DNA of 57,787 bases from the NCBI GenBank assembly GCA_002774365.1, contig PEYM01000120.1, positions 1 through 57,787 on the forward strand, in the 5' to 3' direction. This DNA comes from Candidatus Saganbacteria bacterium CG08_land_8_20_14_0_20_45_16. Its GTDB lineage: Bacteria > Margulisbacteria > WOR-1 > O2-12-FULL-45-9. The notes under the pieces are model-generated. The model did not search any database and was not told the DNA's origin. It saw nothing but the letters and a program-made list of their open reading frames with translations. Positions 28,422-36,943 of this stretch are shown in pieces. The first letter of the stretch is position 1. Each line of letters opens with the position of its first letter. The translations under genes and the position numbers were made by a program.

Positions 28422-28449
28422 ATTATACACCAAGCTGTAGTTTAGTCAA
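28422..28449 (-). promoter_or_regulatory. Sigma-70-type promoter for the ATPase gene (TTGACT-N16-TGTATAAT)
   Basis: The minus strand reads TTGACT (28449-28444), a 16-nt spacer ending in TG, then TATAAT (28427-22). The -10 ends 10 nt before ATG 28411, so the 5' leader would be very short or absent. Confidence 0.5.
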
Positions 28450-28472
28450 GACCAAAACATGATCAGTCACAT

Positions 28473-28508
28473 CATAGTCCCCCAAAAAACCAGGGCGCAT
28501 TTTAGTCT
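28473..28508 (+). repeat. Direct repeat, right copy, flanking the AAA+ ATPase gene
   Basis: See 27230-27264. About 33 of 36 positions are shared. Confidence 0.7.
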
Positions 28509-28527
28509 ATTTTCCCTCAAAAAACAA

Positions 28528-28556
28528 GTGAAATTTCTGGCAGAAAGTGTCGATAT
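28528..28556 (+). promoter_or_regulatory. Sigma-28-like promoter motif, copy 3 (upstream of gene C)
   Basis: GTGAAA 28528-28533, 15 nt, GTCGATAT 28549-28556, then ATATAT. 48 nt upstream of ATG 28605. Confidence 0.6.
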
Positions 28557-28604
28557 ATATATGAGAGGAAGGAGGCAGCAGCTCCAGAAAAGAGAGCGAT
28601 AATT

Positions 28605-31600
28605 ATGCCACAAATACGCGACACGTTAAAACAATACTTAGGCGTTGTGCCTCGCTTGCGCCAGGGACCAAAGCCGCCCCAATATCTCCTCACAAACTTT
28701 TTTAGAAAAGCTCAAGTTGGGCCAGTTGTCACCCGCACTGACACCAACAATCCTGTAACTCATCACCTGTCTGTACCAGGAGTAATTCCTGGCCTGGCCA
28801 AAGCCGTGGCAGAAGTTGACGATGATCCAAAAGCCCTAGAAAAAATCTTGGCCGCTAACAAGCTCAGGGCTTGGAACAACGAAGACCCAGAAACAACAGA
28901 GGTCATCTACCAACCCAGAAGCAAGCTGCGCACCATTGCCACAGCCGCAACAATTGTGGGAGTGGCTGGGGTCACAGCCCTCTTAGGCTTACCAGACCTT
29001 ATCAAAGCAGTTTCGTTTTATACCAGCTCAACAGTGGGACTGCTCATTTTTATTGGCACTGGACTCGCGGCCGCTAGGATCGCGTATGTCAATCGCCACA
29101 AACTAAAAAGCTATCATTTCAACTCCCGCACTGGCGGAGTGCTGGCCGGGCAAAACAGCATTAACAAAATTCTAAAGACTGTGATCCTACCAGCAACTGC
29201 CATCAGTCTTGGCGCTGGGCTGGCAATCAACGGTATTTATACCTGGCTGGAGCTACCGCTAGGACTGCCCTACGGTACCATTGGCTGGAAGTTCGTGTTT
29301 GGCGGTGCGCTTGCTTACAAGCTCGCGCCAGCGTTTTTTAGATTTGTGGTCAGGCTGGGCACCAAGTTTAAAAACTGGTGGAAAAAACAGCCAAACATTG
29401 AGAAACATTTTCCCAAACGCGGCCTAAGGGCTTTGACCATCACAGATTTTTTGTCCAATATTAGCTGGGTCTTTACAGCTGCGCTCTATGGCCAGATAAC
29501 CAAGGTCTTCAGCGGTCAGATTGCGGGAGGGCTAAAAATTTTTACTAGTCATGTCTGGGATAACATGTTTGGCTCAATGGATGGGTCAGATGATTTTCTA
29601 AAAACCGCTATCCCCTTAGCTGGATCAGCCATCCTGATCTTTTTGATCAAAGGCACAAGAAAAAAAGTACTAGGCAGTCCTTTACTGCAAAAACCAATCA
29701 TCAAAGGGATTGCCAGGTGGGGAGCAGCCGGCTTAGGCATTGGCGCGCTGGTGGGCCTGGTTGGCGCGCCCACTATGGCCTCAACCTTGCTCGTCTACCT
29801 GCTCACCCTACTCTATTTCCATAGTTCGCTCCTGCACAGCTTGAAACAGCAAGAAGGGACAGTGACACTAGCCTTGGACCGCTCACAAGTTATTGACTGG
29901 GTCCAAAGCTGGCTACCAGGCGGCTCGCAGCATCCAGGCGGAGCAACCTCCACCACTAACAAACCAGCCTTTAACATGGTGGACGCCTATATCTCAATTT
30001 ATGCCATGTCCGTCTTAAGCCAAGGGGCAAACAGGATCTTTCGCGGGATTAGCGGGACTAAGAACACTTTTGACTTTATCCAAGCCCAGATCATGGTCAG
30101 GCGCTTGGTCAACCCAGTTGAAGAGCGGATGCGCCAGATTTTTTATAATGCTTATGTTGATGTCGAGGCAATAATGGCAGCGGCTAATCAAAACAGCTCA
30201 AACTCTCGACGCGCCGCGATTACTGCAAGCTGCAACGCAGTTAGCCTGGCCATGCAAAGATGCGCCTGGCTCATTGATGATGAGAAATTTGAGGAGGGCC
30301 CGCACCAAGGTCAATACAAGCATCCGGAAATCCATGGCGGCCACCCACTCTGCCTGGGCGACCTTAACACTGCGGCCACCAAAATGCAGGTCCCACAGGC
30401 CCGTGACAAGAGCGGCAAATTCACGCATTTAGAAATGGGGGAAGAGACATCATACGAAGAGCGGCTAGCGGTCCACTTTTTTGACCAAAAGAGCTTGACT
30501 CCGGCAGAAAAAAAAGAGATCGCGATCATGGACAAGGCACTTAAGGACCACACTTTTTCTGCCTATGGCCTCACTGACCAGCTGCAACGCAATGACCAGG
30601 ATAAAATTTTTAATGGGGTGTACATGAGGGACCAAGCCAGGATACTTGAATACTTGGCCAGTGTCCATAAAAATCATGCTAATGCCTTATTTGATTTTGA
30701 AGATAGAGAAACCAAGGAGATTGTACTGGATGCTGGGCCGCAACAAGAGTCGCTCAAAACCTTTTTAGTAGACATACTTGAGGGCTATTGCCGCCGGGCC
30801 AGCCATCACCTTGATACCTTCCCTGTTAGCTTTTCCCGCGATTATATGTTTAAGGACTATATTGCCAAACTAGCAGCTAATGACTTTTCTTCAGAAATCG
30901 CCAGGGACTCTATCGGTGTTATGACCATGCCGGTGATGACCCCTGACGGCATGATTGAGCCTTGGACAATCAGACTAAATGTAATCAAAAATTTTGGGCC
31001 GGACTATCGTACCAAGAGGTCAATTAAAAATGTGCCTGATAAGTTCAAGGACGATCGTTTTGATTGGGAGGTCAGGAGCGGCCATGACCTGGGGATGCCA
31101 ACCCCCAATCCCTTCCGCTGCCTTGATATGCGCTCTCATTTTGAAAAATACCGCCAGCTTGGCGGCCGGGCCTTTATTGAGACCTACCCAACGGCTGAGA
31201 TCACTAGCGCCCCCCAGCTTAAGAGCTTTGACGAAAATGGTCAGCCAGCTAAGCAAAAAGATCATCTGACTGGCTGGATTGAGGAGCAAGAATTTTACGA
31301 TCTGGTTTACAAGGATAATGGAGCCCGCTTGCGCACTTTTGCCGATGGGAGTCAAGCCATTGTTGTTAAGATTGATGAAAACTTTCAAAAACTAGATATT
31401 AACAACCCAGCAGCCAGGGGTTTTATCCCTGACCCCAGCGTGGTCTTAATGGTGCCAGGGACCAAGCTGCACCAAAAAATCGCCCAGCGGCTCAAAGCCA
31501 AGGAAAAAGTTTTTGACAAGATCAAGGTAGTTAAAAAACTGCTGGACAGGATCCAAAAAGCCGATGTCCCCCACCCCTTTGGCAGGTACCCCTTTGGCGG

Positions 31601-32771
31601 GTCATTTAGTCTTGATCCTGACCTAGCGCCGCGCTGGTATTTTATGTACCCCACAGATTTTTTTGGCATTACTGACAGCGACCAGATGGAATGGGGGATT
31701 GGCACGCTGGACCAGTGGTTTCGCAAAGCTGCCCATTATCAACGCTTTATCATCCGCCGGCCCAGAGGAGAAAAATTGCGCTTTCCTGACTACGCAGAAC
31801 CATTTAAAGCCCACATGCTGGAGCGCAAGGGCGATGCCTGCTTAGTCATTAACGAAGCAGTCTCTTGGATGATGCTCAAGGTCACGATCAAGGTCCCCAA
31901 GTTGAACAAAACTGGCGAGCCAGAACGCAATGAGGACGACCAAGTGGTTGAAGAAGAAAAAGTGCTTTTTTGTCCTTTTAATGAACCTAAGTCAAATGGG
32001 ACCTGGAAAGACCAGCTCTGGCGGGGTATTCAGCAAGGGGGAAAAGTAATTAAACATAAAACCAAAGACGGCCGCTGGAAGATATTTCTTACTTATGACC
32101 TGCAAACAGTTAGCGACCAGGCTTTTCACTCTCAATTTAACGCTGACCCAGCCAATCCCCAAGGCTTTGCTGGTCTGCCGATCAATGCCTTTGACATGCC
32201 GCCTGAAATGCTCCGTTACGCTGAACAAATTGTTAGCATTGAAATTGACCGGGGCCAGTATGATGATCCAGGCGGCCCTTATCCTGTCCATGCCTTTATT
32301 ATGGGCCGACGAGAGAACAATGATTTTTTTACTGACCAAAGCCGCACCAAGCCCCTGCCCAAGCGCGTGGCCCAAATGCTGACCATGGGCTATTACGGCC
32401 ACTTTAGCCAGCATGATGCTGATCATTTGCGCCGAGTCGGTCGGCGGCTTAACAATTTTGCCTGGACTGACGATGGAGCCAGGGTCCACCTGAAGCTCTC
32501 TGGTTCTGAGCTAAAGCACCTTTTGTTCTGGCTGCCAAAATACTTTGGCCCTAAAAAGCCTCTCTATAATGAGAAGACTGGTGATTTTACCATGGACCTT
32601 GATCATTATCTAGCCCTCTGCAACAGCTTTTACGACGAGTGCTGCTACATCACCTATATGCCTAGTACTGAATTTAAAGAGCACTGGGTTAGAGGGTCAG
32701 ATACCCTCCTCTTTTATAATGAACATGTTAAAAAACTTGATGAACAAAGGATGGAGGCAATGTCATGTTAG
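28605..32771 (+). CDS. Giant-cluster protein C (1388 aa), polytopic N-terminal membrane domain plus large soluble C-terminal region
   Basis: At least 8 hydrophobic helices between aa ~110 and 440 (for example IATAATIVGVAGVTALLGL, VGLLIFIGTGLAAARIAYV, IARWGAAGLGIGALVGLVGAPTMASTLLVYLLTLLYF). The remaining ~950 aa has no recognisable motif. Confidence 0.8.
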   Translation: MPQIRDTLKQYLGVVPRLRQGPKPPQYLLTNFFRKAQVGPVVTRTDTNNPVTHHLSVPGVIPGLAKAVAEVDDDPKALEKILAANKLRAWNNEDPETTEVIYQPRSKLRTIATAATIVGVAGVTALLGLPDLIKAVSFYTSSTVGLLIFIGTGLAAARIAYVNRHKLKSYHFNSRTGGVLAGQNSINKILKTVILPATAISLGAGLAINGIYTWLELPLGLPYGTIGWKFVFGGALAYKLAPAFFRFVVRLGTKFKNWWKKQPNIEKHFPKRGLRALTITDFLSNISWVFTAALYGQITKVFSGQIAGGLKIFTSHVWDNMFGSMDGSDDFLKTAIPLAGSAILIFLIKGTRKKVLGSPLLQKPIIKGIARWGAAGLGIGALVGLVGAPTMASTLLVYLLTLLYFHSSLLHSLKQQEGTVTLALDRSQVIDWVQSWLPGGSQHPGGATSTTNKPAFNMVDAYISIYAMSVLSQGANRIFRGISGTKNTFDFIQAQIMVRRLVNPVEERMRQIFYNAYVDVEAIMAAANQNSSNSRRAAITASCNAVSLAMQRCAWLIDDEKFEEGPHQGQYKHPEIHGGHPLCLGDLNTAATKMQVPQARDKSGKFTHLEMGEETSYEERLAVHFFDQKSLTPAEKKEIAIMDKALKDHTFSAYGLTDQLQRNDQDKIFNGVYMRDQARILEYLASVHKNHANALFDFEDRETKEIVLDAGPQQESLKTFLVDILEGYCRRASHHLDTFPVSFSRDYMFKDYIAKLAANDFSSEIARDSIGVMTMPVMTPDGMIEPWTIRLNVIKNFGPDYRTKRSIKNVPDKFKDDRFDWEVRSGHDLGMPTPNPFRCLDMRSHFEKYRQLGGRAFIETYPTAEITSAPQLKSFDENGQPAKQKDHLTGWIEEQEFYDLVYKDNGARLRTFADGSQAIVVKIDENFQKLDINNPAARGFIPDPSVVLMVPGTKLHQKIAQRLKAKEKVFDKIKVVKKLLDRIQKADVPHPFGRYPFGGSFSLDPDLAPRWYFMYPTDFFGITDSDQMEWGIGTLDQWFRKAAHYQRFIIRRPRGEKLRFPDYAEPFKAHMLERKGDACLVINEAVSWMMLKVTIKVPKLNKTGEPERNEDDQVVEEEKVLFCPFNEPKSNGTWKDQLWRGIQQGGKVIKHKTKDGRWKIFLTYDLQTVSDQAFHSQFNADPANPQGFAGLPINAFDMPPEMLRYAEQIVSIEIDRGQYDDPGGPYPVHAFIMGRRENNDFFTDQSRTKPLPKRVAQMLTMGYYGHFSQHDADHLRRVGRRLNNFAWTDDGARVHLKLSGSELKHLLFWLPKYFGPKKPLYNEKTGDFTMDLDHYLALCNSFYDECCYITYMPSTEFKEHWVRGSDTLLFYNEHVKKLDEQRMEAMSC

Positions 32772-35700
32772 ACGGTCGCTTATCAGCTAGCAATACAATC
32801 CATCATCCCGCGATAACAACTCGACCCAAGGTAGCTAAGAGATATCCTGGACACCACCTTGGTTACACCTTGCCAGTCCCAAATTTCAAGGATAAACCAG
32901 GCGGCTTGCCAGACAAGGCCCTGGATGGCGAGGGGATTGATGTAAAGGTTGAAAGCTTGGGGGCTGAAACATATACCTGCGACCCGCGCCAAAGTGGCCT
33001 TAACCCTGACGGGCTACACTGGCTCGAGGTGTCTGGCCCAGACGAATTTTGGAAAGCCAATAATATCGAGGCCAAAGGCGAAGGATGGGTCGCCCAAGTG
33101 GTTAGCCGCGACCCTGAAACCGGCGCCCTATCAAAAGAGCCAAAGTATCAATACATCCCTAAAAGTAAAATCCCGCCCAGCCTGCGCGGCGGACTAGGTA
33201 ACCGCATTTTGCAACACCTTGGCCTGCCGCCAGTTGGCGCTGAGATTATTGTCAACCATCAGTTCCAGGTCGGAAGCAAGGATCTGACAGTGGATTGCAT
33301 CCTGCCAGAAGCAGACGAGCGGTGGGTAGAATTTAACTGTGATGGCTGGGAAGACCTGCCAGACAGCGGGGAGAGGGCTGCTTTTATGGCCGCGATTGGT
33401 GAGATCCCAATGGAGAGCATTTATAAACATGAGTTGATCGGCACTGGCCAAGCCACCAAGCTGCGGCTCTATTCCAGGGTCCCGGCCAAGGACGAGCAAG
33501 GCAAGGTTGCCTCTGTCTTTTATGAACTTGACCTGGGCTGGCTTAATCTGGACACCAGCAAAATTTTTATCAAGCCCGAAGACCAGGAACTTAATGCCCA
33601 GCTCATTGTCCCAAACTATGTTCACAATCAAGAAATCCCAGAACGCCACGACAGCCTCCTCTTTTATACCCACGCGGCCGAAGAAAATACTTACGCCATT
33701 GTCTCAGCTTATAAAGGCCATGGCACTAAAGAAGCTGACGACAAAGAGCACGATAAAACAATTCATATCAATATCAACCCAAAGTCCTTTCAACCGATTA
33801 TTAACTTTGGCAAAGCGGGTAAAGCCGCTGTCTTAGCCTATCATCAGGATGACGGCTCAACCATTGTCCAAATCATCAATGCTTTTCCTGGGCAAAACGG
33901 GGGCGAGGATAAATTCATCTCTATTAAGGCGGCTGATGAATATGACTTGGAAACAAAAATAAACAACCTATCCAGTGAGATGAAAAAACAAGGTCTAAAT
34001 CTATACCTCCCCCAAGAGATCGAAAATGCGGCCATGAATGCTTTTGCCAGGGCCAAGCCGATTAAGCTTGCTGGTAAATCTTGGGCAGAGATCAAAGAGC
34101 AGTATTTGCGCGCGAGCCGGACAGACCCTATCCTTAGGCAGCGCGATGGCGCCACTCACAGACTAACTGTTTTAAAAGATGTCAAACGGGTCTTTAAAGA
34201 TGTTCAATCAAAAGAAAACTACCTAGCAGAGGAAGCTAAAACCGCTAGACTGCGCTATGCCCTTAGGTTTTTCTACTACCGCCAGGTTCAGCTGCCAGAC
34301 GTCCTAGAAGAACCAATGAAAGCTGGCGAAGAGGTCTTTCTTATTCACGTTAAAGGGACACAAAAGGTCATTCACCTTGATGAGAGCAATGGCCCGCTAA
34401 ATGAGGCAGAGAAAAAGGCAGCCGCGGCCACAGCCCAAGAATCCATTGCTGACGACACCCCCACCACCCCTAAGATCAGCTTTATACCGACCCCATTCCT
34501 CCCTTTTGAAGGGAAAGAAGGGATCTATGAATTAGTTATCCATGACCCAGCGCCACACGCAATCTTTACCACCAAGTGGCTGTTTTCCAAAGTCCATACT
34601 GTTTTAACTGGTCAAAACCTAACTGACCCCAATGCCCAAGGGACAAATTGCATGGTCTCCCAAGGCGTAGGCTATGACCAGAAACCATTTTTTGGCATGG
34701 ACCCCAGAGGCCCAATGACCGCGCCATGGGGCTCGCTCTTTAAAGGAGAAAAAGCAGTAGCTTGGTATATTAACTGGGTCCAAAATGTGCCGCAAAGCAT
34801 TTTTAGGGCCAAATATTTTGCTGGCCAAGAAACCAGTTGGTTAACTGGGATGCCCTCGCTGGACGCTTATCTTAAGAGTTTTGGCCGGGCCATGGTTACC
34901 GGCCCTAACACCTATTATCTTAACCCAGCGGTTGAGGGGCTGTTCCCCAGAATTATCCCTGGCACTAAAAAGATCATCTGGAGCTCGATCTTAGACCATT
35001 ATCCCGAAGACGTGACTGAAGACCTAAAATCATCAATGATGGCCATGATGTACCTGGGGCTGGAAACTGTACCTCTTACCCTCTCACTTTCTGGCGGCGG
35101 CGGGGTTGACAACTGGTACATTGGCCTGGTCCAACGCGCCCTGCGCTGGAACACTGGTCTCGTAACTTGGTTGATCAACGTAGCTGGCCGGGTCTGGCAG
35201 GACATAACCCGCGGGATAAAAGCTTATTATTACGTTACCCGCTTTGGCAAGATCAAAGGCTTTGAGCGGATGCACGCGATTGACGCGGTCAGCGCGGATG
35301 AGAACCCAGCAGCAGCCAAAGCAGCAATCCTTGACGCGGACGCCACCACCCATCTCCCACTGGCAAAATCAGGCAAACTAGGTGAGGTAAGAGAAGATGC
35401 CAATGTCGGCACCTGGTATTATGTCTTTGCTAAGATAATCCAGTTTGTGGCGGTTGGGCTGATGGTCGCCCTGGCTGTCCTGCCAATCCCAGTCCTTGGC
35501 ATATGTTTTCTCTTAACTTGTATTGCCAATTCGCTGACCAGTTGGCCATCCTGGGGTTTTTCCGCCCAAAAGGTCGGTATTAATCCTAAAGATATTATTG
35601 CCGTCAGACCAAAACATATCTTTTTTAATGATCTGTATATTTATGAAATGGCCAATGCCACCAAGGTAATCGAGCTGATGGGCCATGGTAAATTTAGGGC

Positions 35701-36931
35701 GAGTGAAAAGAGCGTTGGTAACCGGCTCACCCCTCGGACGATCAGGAACGCCTTGTGGATCGGCACCATTACCCCGCTTTTAGCCTCAACAGGTTTAATT
35801 GGCGCTTTTGTGGCCATTGTGTCAGGGGTTGGCCTGATCCCTGTCTTGGTCGCAGCCGCGCCAGTTGCTCTTGGCTATCTGCTTAGCAAATTAATGGATA
35901 AATTCTCATATCGTTTCCTTAGAAACCCTGGCACAACCAGTGCCTGGAAAAGCGTAGCCCATACCATCCTCAATAATGCTCCATTCTTTGGCGGTATCTT
36001 GCTCTCATATGCTTTCTCTCCACTATATGCCTTCGTGTGGATCCCCGCGGTGATTGGGGCCATGGCTGGCGGCTGGACACTCTTTATGGCTTATAACAAA
36101 GGCATGACCCTGTTTGAATATCTTAAGGAACATAAGCGGACCTACTTGCGCCAAGCCCCTAATGAGCAGACCCCTGGTATTCCCAAACACTTGGGTGAGA
36201 ACAGTCGCAGGTTCACCCGCATTATCTTTGGCATTGACCAGCCAAGCTTTGAACCTTGGGAATTTAATTACTATGGCTTAAGCTCAGAGCTGCTATGGGG
36301 AATAATTAATGGGATCAATATTAAAAATTCCTTTTTGCCAGAAGAGCTGCAAGAGCTCTTGATAACGCACAAGCTTGCGGAAAAAGGGATTGTAAAACAA
36401 GATTATAATTTTGATCAATTATACAAATTAATGGAAAAACTGGAGATTAGTGAGGAAGATTTTATGGAACGCTTTGGGGTTGATATGTTTACTGTCAGCT
36501 CAGTGCTAGACTGGAGCAAGGGTATTGTCCCTGGTCTCTTGCCTAACGAACCGGCTGATCCGCTTGACGCTTTAAACGCGGTGATCGATGGTACCCGTTC
36601 AGATAAAAGCTCACTGCTCTTTGATCTTTATGGAGCAGTAGAGCACAGACTACCAAAAGAGCTGCAAGCTGACAAGATCCAAGGTCACAAATTCTTCCGC
36701 TTTAGCAAGGCTGGCCGCCTGGCCCGCTTGCTAAAAAAGACTAAAAAAGTCAGGGAAAAAATAGCTGAAAACCCAACACGCACACAAAACACTGCTGAGT
36801 ATTTGCAGATTTCTGCAGTTGAATACGAATACTTGCGCGAGCTAAATCGCTTGACCATGGAGGTCGTGGGTGGGCAGTGGGCCCCGCCACGCAATGACGG
36901 ACTAGAAACAATTTTGCAAGGGCTTTTTTAG
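32765..36931 (+). CDS. Giant-cluster protein D (1388 aa), large soluble N-terminal region plus C-proximal polytopic membrane domain
   Basis: The ATG overlaps the end of C by 7 nt (ATGTCATGTTAG), with GGAGG 8 nt upstream. Hydrophobic helices at ~35410-36100 (YYVFAKIIQFVAVGLMVALAVLPIPVLGICFLL, LWIGTITPLLASTGLIGAFVAIVSGVGLIPVLVAAAPVALGYLL, FVWIPAVIGAMAGGWTLFMAY). Confidence 0.8.
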   Translation: MLDGRLSASNTIHHPAITTRPKVAKRYPGHHLGYTLPVPNFKDKPGGLPDKALDGEGIDVKVESLGAETYTCDPRQSGLNPDGLHWLEVSGPDEFWKANNIEAKGEGWVAQVVSRDPETGALSKEPKYQYIPKSKIPPSLRGGLGNRILQHLGLPPVGAEIIVNHQFQVGSKDLTVDCILPEADERWVEFNCDGWEDLPDSGERAAFMAAIGEIPMESIYKHELIGTGQATKLRLYSRVPAKDEQGKVASVFYELDLGWLNLDTSKIFIKPEDQELNAQLIVPNYVHNQEIPERHDSLLFYTHAAEENTYAIVSAYKGHGTKEADDKEHDKTIHININPKSFQPIINFGKAGKAAVLAYHQDDGSTIVQIINAFPGQNGGEDKFISIKAADEYDLETKINNLSSEMKKQGLNLYLPQEIENAAMNAFARAKPIKLAGKSWAEIKEQYLRASRTDPILRQRDGATHRLTVLKDVKRVFKDVQSKENYLAEEAKTARLRYALRFFYYRQVQLPDVLEEPMKAGEEVFLIHVKGTQKVIHLDESNGPLNEAEKKAAAATAQESIADDTPTTPKISFIPTPFLPFEGKEGIYELVIHDPAPHAIFTTKWLFSKVHTVLTGQNLTDPNAQGTNCMVSQGVGYDQKPFFGMDPRGPMTAPWGSLFKGEKAVAWYINWVQNVPQSIFRAKYFAGQETSWLTGMPSLDAYLKSFGRAMVTGPNTYYLNPAVEGLFPRIIPGTKKIIWSSILDHYPEDVTEDLKSSMMAMMYLGLETVPLTLSLSGGGGVDNWYIGLVQRALRWNTGLVTWLINVAGRVWQDITRGIKAYYYVTRFGKIKGFERMHAIDAVSADENPAAAKAAILDADATTHLPLAKSGKLGEVREDANVGTWYYVFAKIIQFVAVGLMVALAVLPIPVLGICFLLTCIANSLTSWPSWGFSAQKVGINPKDIIAVRPKHIFFNDLYIYEMANATKVIELMGHGKFRASEKSVGNRLTPRTIRNALWIGTITPLLASTGLIGAFVAIVSGVGLIPVLVAAAPVALGYLLSKLMDKFSYRFLRNPGTTSAWKSVAHTILNNAPFFGGILLSYAFSPLYAFVWIPAVIGAMAGGWTLFMAYNKGMTLFEYLKEHKRTYLRQAPNEQTPGIPKHLGENSRRFTRIIFGIDQPSFEPWEFNYYGLSSELLWGIINGINIKNSFLPEELQELLITHKLAEKGIVKQDYNFDQLYKLMEKLEISEEDFMERFGVDMFTVSSVLDWSKGIVPGLLPNEPADPLDALNAVIDGTRSDKSSLLFDLYGAVEHRLPKELQADKIQGHKFFRFSKAGRLARLLKKTKKVREKIAENPTRTQNTAEYLQISAVEYEYLRELNRLTMEVVGGQWAPPRNDGLETILQGLF

Positions 36932-36943
36932 GAGGCGAGTGAA

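Noticed and set aside
28561-28602. A 13-codon upstream ORF (MRGRRQQLQKRER) starting in the ATATATG that follows the promoter of C, with a strong GGAAGGAGG nearby.
   Set aside because: Its ATG lies within about 5 nt of the -10-like box, at or before the expected transcription start. The same ATATATGAGA sequence occurs at the promoter of H without an ORF.
31992-32489. 165-aa and 159-aa minus-strand ORFs (31992-32489 and 33194-33673), and many other 60-125-aa ORFs inside the giant genes and inside ftsH, mfd and valS.
   Set aside because: They are fully embedded antisense or out of frame in long, coherent ORFs, with no start signals or recognisable motifs.
28605-36931. C and D are both exactly 1388 aa, which hints at duplication or circular permutation.
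   Set aside because: I found no alignable segments between them by eye, so the equal length is treated as coincidence pending a real alignment.
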